Shown here piece by piece: positions 24,794-30,811 of a stretch of 30,811 nucleotides of DNA. Both the position numbers and the translations under genes were made by a program. The notes under the pieces are model-generated. The model was not told the DNA's origin, searched no databases, and saw only the letters and a program-made list of their open reading frames with translations. Each line of letters begins with the position of its first letter. Position 1 is the stretch's first letter. This DNA is from a virus (Duplodnaviria > Caudoviricetes): positions 1-30,811 of IMG/VR virus record IMGVR_UViG_3300005804_000121, one strand, 5' to 3'.

Positions 24794-24822
24794 CTCATAC
24801 GAGCAAAAATGTCGATTGTCAA
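24794..24822 (-). promoter_or_regulatory. Sigma70-type promoter of the moron
   Basis: Minus strand TTGACA-17 nt-TATGAG, about 35 bp upstream of ATG 24760. Confidence 0.55.
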
Positions 24823-24860
24823 GACATTTCTAATAAAAACCCCAAAAAAGAGGTTGCAGC

Positions 24861-27839
24861 ATGCCTGACCTAACTTTCAAACTCATACTCGTCACTGACG
24901 ATGCCAATGTGAAGCTTGCCGAAGTCAAGCAGGAGGCGGAGTCCACCCAGTCTGTGGTGGAGAAACCTGCTGCGGTTAAGATATCTGCAGAAGAAGCTCT
25001 GGCTACCATTCGTGATGTGAAGATTGCTGTCGATGGAGTGATCCAGGTAGTCGGTGGTCTGGTGCGTTCGATGAATGGACTGCTGGATGCATCGCTGGCT
25101 CAGAGACAAGCGGTTACCTTGGCGAAGATATCGTTTGGAGAAGCTGCGGCTGAGATGGGAGAGTTTGCCTCAGCCATGCAATCTTTGACCAACTTCGAAG
25201 ATGATCAGTTGCTGGCTTTAATGTCCAAGCTCTCGCAGACCTTCAAGCTTAACAAGGATGAGATACAACAGCTTGTGCCTTTGCTATTGGACTTTACCGA
25301 AGCCAATAAAGCCACCGGGATGAGCGTGGAGTCTGCCTTTGATCTGATGGGTCGAGCTCTGAATGGTCATACCGAGATGTTAGGTCGCTATGGGATTGAA
25401 CTGGATGATACCCGGCTCAAGACCGAGGGTGTATCCTACCTGGTTGAGAAGTTGGGAGAGGACTATGGTGGCACAGCTATAGCTCTGGCTGATTTGCGTC
25501 TGCAGAATGCCAATGCCTGGGGAGATATCCAGGAGACGGTGGGTGATATGCTGACTGTCTTGATCAATCCCTTGCTTCAGGGACTTAGGTGGCTGATGGA
25601 TGCCTATCAGAGCTTATCTCCGGTAATGCAGGGCTTCGTTGCAGGGATAGTAGTAGCGATTCCCTTGATCGGAACTATTACCACTACCATCACTGCCTTA
25701 ACTGCTGCCTATCATGCTCTGCAGGTAGCCATAAACCCGGTGGCAGGGATTATCGGTATTGCCATAGGTGCCTTATCTGCCTTGGGACTGGGACTGGCAG
25801 CAGCCTCGGTCAAGACTGATACGGTTACTACGGCACAGCGTTCTATGAACGATGAGATCAAAGAAGCTCAGAAACAGGTATCGGTGGAAGCAGAGAAGTT
25901 CAGTCTATTGGCATCCCGTTTGCTGGAGTTACGCTCGGCAACAACCCTTGCCACTGCTGATAAGACAGAGATGAAGAATATCATCAGGTCACTCAATGAA
26001 AACTACTCTGAGTACATAGGTAACATCGACCTGGAGACATCATCCTACAATAACCTGGCTACTGCCTTGCGTAACGCTTCCGATGCTTTGGTGCAGAAGC
26101 AGATAGCTGAAGTCTATGGAGAGAAGTACAATGCTCAGATCAGGAAGGTAGCCGAACTGCAGATCGAGATTGATTCACAGCGGGCTGAGGTTGATCAGGT
26201 AAGAGCCCGCAGACAGCAGTTGATGAACTCAGTGGACTGGGACTTCCTAACCAGTGACCGCAATGCCATGGGTTTCAATCCTGCCTCCTACTTCGGTAAT
26301 GATGGTGAGTGGCTTAAGCTGGAAAGACGCTTGAACCAGTTCGGTGCCTTGACTGGACAACTCCAAGCTGCCAAGAACGATTTGCAGCAGATAGGATCAG
26401 CATATAGACAGGCCATGTTGGATGCTCCTGACTTGAGTTTCAATCCCGGAGGTGGATCAGGAGGTGGTTCATCAAGTCCTGCACCTAATCCTGCCGCATC
26501 CGAAGCAGAAGCCAGACGCAGGGAAGCGTTACGCTTGATGGAAGAGCTTACCCGATTAAGACAGACTGAGACCGAGCGGATAGCAGCAGAATACCAGAGA
26601 AGGCTGGCCCTGATAAGGGAGTTCACTCAAGATGGCAGTGAAGCTGAACAACAGGCCATCGAGAACCTGGATAGCTGGAAGACCGAGCAGGATCAGCAGA
26701 TAACCGATAAAGAGAAAGAAGCTGTCCAAGCCAGATACAAGGCTGAGATTGACTACTTCTCCAACTTAGAGAACCTGGGAGTCAACTCCTATGTCGCTCT
26801 CAAGGCAAGCATGGAAGAGTATTATGCTTGGGCTCAGCAGAATCTTCCGGAGAAGGAACAGCAGCTTATCCAGGCTCAGATTGCCGAGGTCAATGCCCGG
26901 CACGTAAAACTGCTCCAGGAACGTCAGGATGAAGAGAGAGCCAAACTGCAGGAACTGCAGGATATCCGGGACGAGTTCTACTCTCGTGATCTCGATAACA
27001 TCGGAGACAGCTACAGCAAGCAGCTTCTGGAAGTGGATAAGTACTATGAGAAGATGAAAGCCAAGCTCCTGGAAGCTGGTTATACTGAAGTGGAGATCGA
27101 ACGACAGAAGCAGGAGACCCTGAATACCCTCAGAACCAATCACCAGCTTCAGGTAGCCAGTGGCATCTCCAAGATCTTCGGTGATCTGGCATCTGCTCAG
27201 GATAAAGACACCGAGCGGGGCTTCAAGCTCTGGAAAGCCTCGGCTATGGCTCAGGGCTATGTGGACACCTTCTCAGCCGCTATCGGAGCCTATAAGTCGA
27301 TGGTGGGCATCCCCGTAGTAGGTCCCGGACTGGCAGTGGCGGCTGCAGCGGCTGCGATGGCTGCCGGAATAGCCAATATCGCTCGGATCAGTGCCACCAA
27401 GTTTGAGAAGAAAGCTACCGGTGGTCTCCTGACAGGACCTTCCCATGGTCAAGGTGGCATCCTGATTGAAGCAGAAGGTGACGAATACGTCACTGCTAAA
27501 GATCGAGTCAAAGCACTGGGCAAGAGCCTGTTTGACTTCCTCAACTTCGCACCTCTGGATCAGGTAAAGTTGGCTTTTGCTTCTATGCCTGTTCCCTCAG
27601 TGCCTATTCCCAGTAACGTGGGCTCAAATTATGCCGCTGGTGGCACTATCTCTTCCGGAGGCGGTATGAATATCCTGATCGACCTGATTGCCGCACTGAA
27701 AGACGAGATCGTATCACTCAAGCAAACAGTGATGGACTCCAAGCCCATCATCGAGGTCAACGTCGATCCCCTCTCCAACGATCCGGTCAAGGTTAGTGAG
27801 ATAGCCGATACCGGCAAGATGATCCGGAGTGAGATCTGA
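24861..27839 (+). CDS. Tail tape measure protein
   Basis: 992 aa, Ala/Gln/Glu-rich and helical, with GRALNG...LGRYGI, hydrophobic Ala/Gly stretches, long coiled coils and C-terminal ATGG...GPSH...EGDEYV. Confidence 0.88.
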   Translation: MPDLTFKLILVTDDANVKLAEVKQEAESTQSVVEKPAAVKISAEEALATIRDVKIAVDGVIQVVGGLVRSMNGLLDASLAQRQAVTLAKISFGEAAAEMGEFASAMQSLTNFEDDQLLALMSKLSQTFKLNKDEIQQLVPLLLDFTEANKATGMSVESAFDLMGRALNGHTEMLGRYGIELDDTRLKTEGVSYLVEKLGEDYGGTAIALADLRLQNANAWGDIQETVGDMLTVLINPLLQGLRWLMDAYQSLSPVMQGFVAGIVVAIPLIGTITTTITALTAAYHALQVAINPVAGIIGIAIGALSALGLGLAAASVKTDTVTTAQRSMNDEIKEAQKQVSVEAEKFSLLASRLLELRSATTLATADKTEMKNIIRSLNENYSEYIGNIDLETSSYNNLATALRNASDALVQKQIAEVYGEKYNAQIRKVAELQIEIDSQRAEVDQVRARRQQLMNSVDWDFLTSDRNAMGFNPASYFGNDGEWLKLERRLNQFGALTGQLQAAKNDLQQIGSAYRQAMLDAPDLSFNPGGGSGGGSSSPAPNPAASEAEARRREALRLMEELTRLRQTETERIAAEYQRRLALIREFTQDGSEAEQQAIENLDSWKTEQDQQITDKEKEAVQARYKAEIDYFSNLENLGVNSYVALKASMEEYYAWAQQNLPEKEQQLIQAQIAEVNARHVKLLQERQDEERAKLQELQDIRDEFYSRDLDNIGDSYSKQLLEVDKYYEKMKAKLLEAGYTEVEIERQKQETLNTLRTNHQLQVASGISKIFGDLASAQDKDTERGFKLWKASAMAQGYVDTFSAAIGAYKSMVGIPVVGPGLAVAAAAAAMAAGIANIARISATKFEKKATGGLLTGPSHGQGGILIEAEGDEYVTAKDRVKALGKSLFDFLNFAPLDQVKLAFASMPVPSVPIPSNVGSNYAAGGTISSGGGMNILIDLIAALKDEIVSLKQTVMDSKPIIEVNVDPLSNDPVKVSEIADTGKMIRSEI

Positions 27840-29326
27840 TGCCCAACCTCTTCAAGATTGACTTCATCCAAGGCAAGACCGATGCCGCAGACTATAACCA
27901 AGTCAAGCACAGCCTGATTGACACCACTACCAATAGAGCAATCATCGGCTTGAGCATCTCAGCCGATAAGCTGCAGTCGGTCTCGAACTATACCAGAGAA
28001 CCCAAGCGACTGGTCTTCGAGTGCTTTCCCACTACCTGGATACAGGACAACATCCTCAGTGGGAGCAATGAGCATGAGCGTTATGTGTCCCATTTCGAGG
28101 TCAAGGTCTATAGGGATAACTCCTTGTTCTTTACAGGCATAATAGACACCTCGCAGCTATCCTTTGATGTCTCCTCCGGAGTGCTCAAGATTACGTGTTA
28201 CGATAAGATAAAACTGCTCTCATTGTTCTCCGATCTCACTCACTATTATTCGCTTACCTCCGGCTATCTGCCGATATGGGTTTTGGGCTACTTTATTCAA
28301 GACATCGAGCAAAGAATACCCATCAACATCCCCTACAGTAACCAGTTCAACTTGCCGACCTTGAACATCAGTTCCGGTAATGCCATGACTATTGCCCACA
28401 TTGACTTTGACGATCTGATAGAATTTCCTAATCCCACTGGAGGCTGGACTTACAGCTATGACAACTCAGGATGGCCGGGTCCTTTCTGGGGCTATTTGAT
28501 CGATACCATAGCTAACCGCATGAGCTTCGTCTTTGCCTATAAGAAGGTAATCAAGGCTACCTATCCCAGCCCTGCCACTACAAGGTATCAAGGCCGCTAT
28601 CGGGGACGCATCTACAAGTTCTTCAACAACATCTGCCCGGTAGTGATCGAGTATGAAGAGAAGACCGATTGGGTGGAAGACCTGGCTTCCCTCGAGAACG
28701 CTACCAATGAGTTCATTGGCTTCTACCTTGAGAATGGCATCTCCGAGACTAACCTCTACAATGGCCTGGTCTCAGTGGGCTCTATCGATGGTCGCAGCTA
28801 TGGCAGCAGCCAGTATGTTAACCACTGGATCGAAGCTCACTTTCATGGCAATCTCTTCCCGGCAAAGCTGTTCCCGGGCAAGGCCTATGAAAACTATAAC
28901 GATGATCAGACCGATAACATCAAAGCTCTGCAAGCGATGTTGATGCTTTACAATGCCACCATATATTCCAATCAAGCAGGACAGATCATCCTCAAGAACA
29001 AGGATGCCTATGCCAGTGCCGTTATAGACATTGATGAAGATGACATAGTCGACTTCGTTACCAAGCGGGGCAATCCTGAGAAGCCTGAGATAGCCTCTCT
29101 GGATATTCTGGCAGGGGATACAATCCAACTCCAGGGCAAGATCAAAGACTTCCTGATAGACTTTCATGATTCCAAGTGGAGTTGTGATACTACCATTGAT
29201 AGTCTCTCCAAATACAACCTCTCTCTCCAGTTCAAGATACGCATCCAGAATAAGATCTATGCGATTATCGAATTGGAGCGGAACTACATAGAAGATGAAT
29301 ACAAGGTGAAGGCATGGCTAATATAA
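27839..29326 (+). CDS. Putative tail tip / hub protein
   Basis: Coupled to tape measure; N-terminal FFTGIID...LKITCYDKIKLL resembles tail hub proteins. Mainly positional. Confidence 0.5.
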   Translation: MPNLFKIDFIQGKTDAADYNQVKHSLIDTTTNRAIIGLSISADKLQSVSNYTREPKRLVFECFPTTWIQDNILSGSNEHERYVSHFEVKVYRDNSLFFTGIIDTSQLSFDVSSGVLKITCYDKIKLLSLFSDLTHYYSLTSGYLPIWVLGYFIQDIEQRIPINIPYSNQFNLPTLNISSGNAMTIAHIDFDDLIEFPNPTGGWTYSYDNSGWPGPFWGYLIDTIANRMSFVFAYKKVIKATYPSPATTRYQGRYRGRIYKFFNNICPVVIEYEEKTDWVEDLASLENATNEFIGFYLENGISETNLYNGLVSVGSIDGRSYGSSQYVNHWIEAHFHGNLFPAKLFPGKAYENYNDDQTDNIKALQAMLMLYNATIYSNQAGQIILKNKDAYASAVIDIDEDDIVDFVTKRGNPEKPEIASLDILAGDTIQLQGKIKDFLIDFHDSKWSCDTTIDSLSKYNLSLQFKIRIQNKIYAIIELERNYIEDEYKVKAWLI

Positions 29327-29769
29327 AGGGTTTCAAACTCATCCGCTGGGCTGATGACGGCATCTATTACTTCCTTTGTCTTAATGGGCAGGTTGAGTAT
29401 GATCCCTCTCAGAAGTATCGCATCGAGAAAAAGAACGCTTACGATCCCACTATCATCCACCGCAGAGAAGCTTATCGGGAAGATTCCTTCGATCTGGAAG
29501 CAGTACTCGAACCTACAGAATACTATAGCCTGATGAGCTTCCTCTTGAGCTCTGGTCGGCTCTATCTCGAGTATACTGCCTATAACAGCATCAGCAGTCA
29601 GTTCCCGGTCACCATCTCCCAACTGCCTAAATGTCCGGACGATCTGCACGAGTATCCTACCAAGGTCAAGTTCAGTCTGGAATCGAGATACATCGGTTCA
29701 CCCGGTTACATCGACTTCGGCATCATCATTATCACCGACTTTGACGAAACGGTGATCGCAAACAACTAA
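29314..29769 (+). CDS. Putative distal tail-like structural protein
   Basis: 151 aa, beta-rich, in the tail operon; no diagnostic motif. Confidence 0.4.
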   Translation: MANIKGFKLIRWADDGIYYFLCLNGQVEYDPSQKYRIEKKNAYDPTIIHRREAYREDSFDLEAVLEPTEYYSLMSFLLSSGRLYLEYTAYNSISSQFPVTISQLPKCPDDLHEYPTKVKFSLESRYIGSPGYIDFGIIIITDFDETVIANN

Positions 29770-29786
29770 CACTCCAAGGAGCAAAA

Positions 29787-30443
29787 ATGTACAAGTTCGC
29801 CATCGGCTACTATACTATGGAAGGTACAGAACGGAAGCCTCAATCGGGAGTCGATATCCGACTTCTCAGGCCCGGTCAATTTTGGGCAGAAGGCAAGCAT
29901 CTGATTGAAACCACTCCCAATTCTGGCTATTACGAGATAGCCATCGAAGATGAAGCAGACTGCGGCTTCTATGAGATCTGGGATAACATCGGCAACACTC
30001 AAGGCCAGTTCAGTGGCAAGACTTGCAGCATCGGTAAGCTCGATGCCAGGGGCCTGCAGAACGATTGCATCTATGGTAATCACATCCTGGATGGAGTGGT
30101 AACCGGAAGTAAAATCGCCAATGAAGCTATCGGCACCGAACACCTGCAGAATGGCCTCTTGTCACTCACTAAGCTTCAATACGAGATACAGGATCAGGAT
30201 AAGGGAGTGGGCGATAATAGCCAAGCAAGCCCTGCAAAGCTGACTGAAGATAAGATCATCACTCACGTTTTGGATAAGGAGTATCAGGAATTGCCGCATA
30301 TCTTCCTGACCAACCAGTGCGATGCCTTCCTCTATATAGCCGATGTCATGATTGAAGGAAATCTGGTAACCGTCCTTATCGGGATCAGCCAAGTCTATAC
30401 CGCCACTGACCCGTTCTATAAGCTGCTTGCCCTCGCTAAATGA
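29787..30443 (+). CDS. Putative tail fibre / tail-associated protein
   Basis: RBS AAGGAG; 10-residue-period segment IYGNHILDGV-VTGSKIANEA-IGTEHLQNGL like those in tail-fibre shafts; last gene of the operon. Confidence 0.5.
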   Translation: MYKFAIGYYTMEGTERKPQSGVDIRLLRPGQFWAEGKHLIETTPNSGYYEIAIEDEADCGFYEIWDNIGNTQGQFSGKTCSIGKLDARGLQNDCIYGNHILDGVVTGSKIANEAIGTEHLQNGLLSLTKLQYEIQDQDKGVGDNSQASPAKLTEDKIITHVLDKEYQELPHIFLTNQCDAFLYIADVMIEGNLVTVLIGISQVYTATDPFYKLLALAK

Positions 30444-30450
30444 TGCCCAA

Positions 30451-30475
30451 GAGAGAAACCCGGCAGAACCGGGTT
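30451..30475. terminator. Intrinsic terminator between convergent genes
   Basis: AACCCGG-CAGAA-CCGGGTT (30457-30475); followed by a pyrimidine run on the minus strand. Confidence 0.6.
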
Positions 30476-30496
30476 AGTGATTAGCTTAGTTACCGA

Positions 30497-30811
30497 TTAT
30501 CTCTTCTTTTCGAGCCGGCAGATCAACTCAGCCATCAGGTTGATCATCTCCTTGTAGTCTCCACATTCCCAGGCATCATCAGCCCTGGTTTTGATCTCAT
30601 CCTCGGTCATCTTCTCCGACTGCAGCCAAGGGCCTCGGAACTGGTTCCACCAGCTCTTGTAGTGGACTTCTTTAGTCGTGGGATCATCCTGCAGTATCTC
30701 CTCGATTGGCTGTTCAGTCCCATCGTCATGCATCAGAATAAGTTGGCTGCCTGATTGAACGATCTCCTCCAGCGTTGCCTGGCCTTTGCGATTCTTGTTT
30801 TGCTTGGTCAT
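30497..30811 (-). CDS. Hypothetical protein (start at window edge, may extend upstream)
   Basis: 104-aa acidic ORF ending just before the hairpin; no family recognised. Confidence 0.55.
   Translation of the reverse strand: MTKQNKNRKGQATLEEIVQSGSQLILMHDDGTEQPIEEILQDDPTTKEVHYKSWWNQFRGPWLQSEKMTEDEIKTRADDAWECGDYKEMINLMAELICRLEKKR

Larger units (their letters stand above)
1..30443 (+). mobile_element. Mu-like transposable prophage (incomplete in window) with a non-contractile-type tail and ~10 kb internal cargo
   Basis: Transposase C-terminus, MuB-like ATPase, GemA/DUF3164-like middle genes, terminase and MuF, then lysin, portal, capsid, tail tube, chaperone and tape measure, all co-oriented with overlapping start/stop codons. 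No sheath gene was recognised and the termini were not located. Confidence 0.88.

Noticed and set aside
30444-30811. Right prophage end (terminal CA with transposase-binding repeats)
   Set aside because: No repeated end motifs were recognised and the left end is outside the window, so a boundary or target duplication cannot be supported.

Overview
Most of a transposable (Mu-like) prophage on the + strand; neither end is visible in the window. The host is probably Cloacimonadota or another FCB-group bacterium, inferred from the cargo proteins' signal peptides and 'PNPF...SGxY' C-terminal sorting domains. The left arm (1-6131) holds a transposase C-terminus, a MuB-like AAA ATPase, Mu-type middle genes, an Xis-like HTH, small and large terminase, and a MuF-like head protein. 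About 10 kb of minus-strand cargo (6192-16262) follows: an HNH nuclease, a helicase-less Type ISP/IIG-like R-M fusion, a decayed inverted relic of a paralogous R-M gene, a large secreted S8 protease split by one in-frame TGA, and a second secreted protein. The right arm (16367-30443) holds lysozyme, head-tail joining genes, a PBSX/P2-type portal, a fused XkdF-protease/major capsid, holin-like proteins, tail tube, a tail chaperone with a -1 frameshift, two tandem Dam-family adenine methyltransferases, an antisense moron, tape measure and tail-tip genes. Non-coding signals read by eye: a 27-bp motif shared upstream of both putative late operons, hairpins that hide the RBS of terminase and lysozyme, and mini-ORFs that bridge adjacent genes. 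All family calls come from motif recognition, not database searches.
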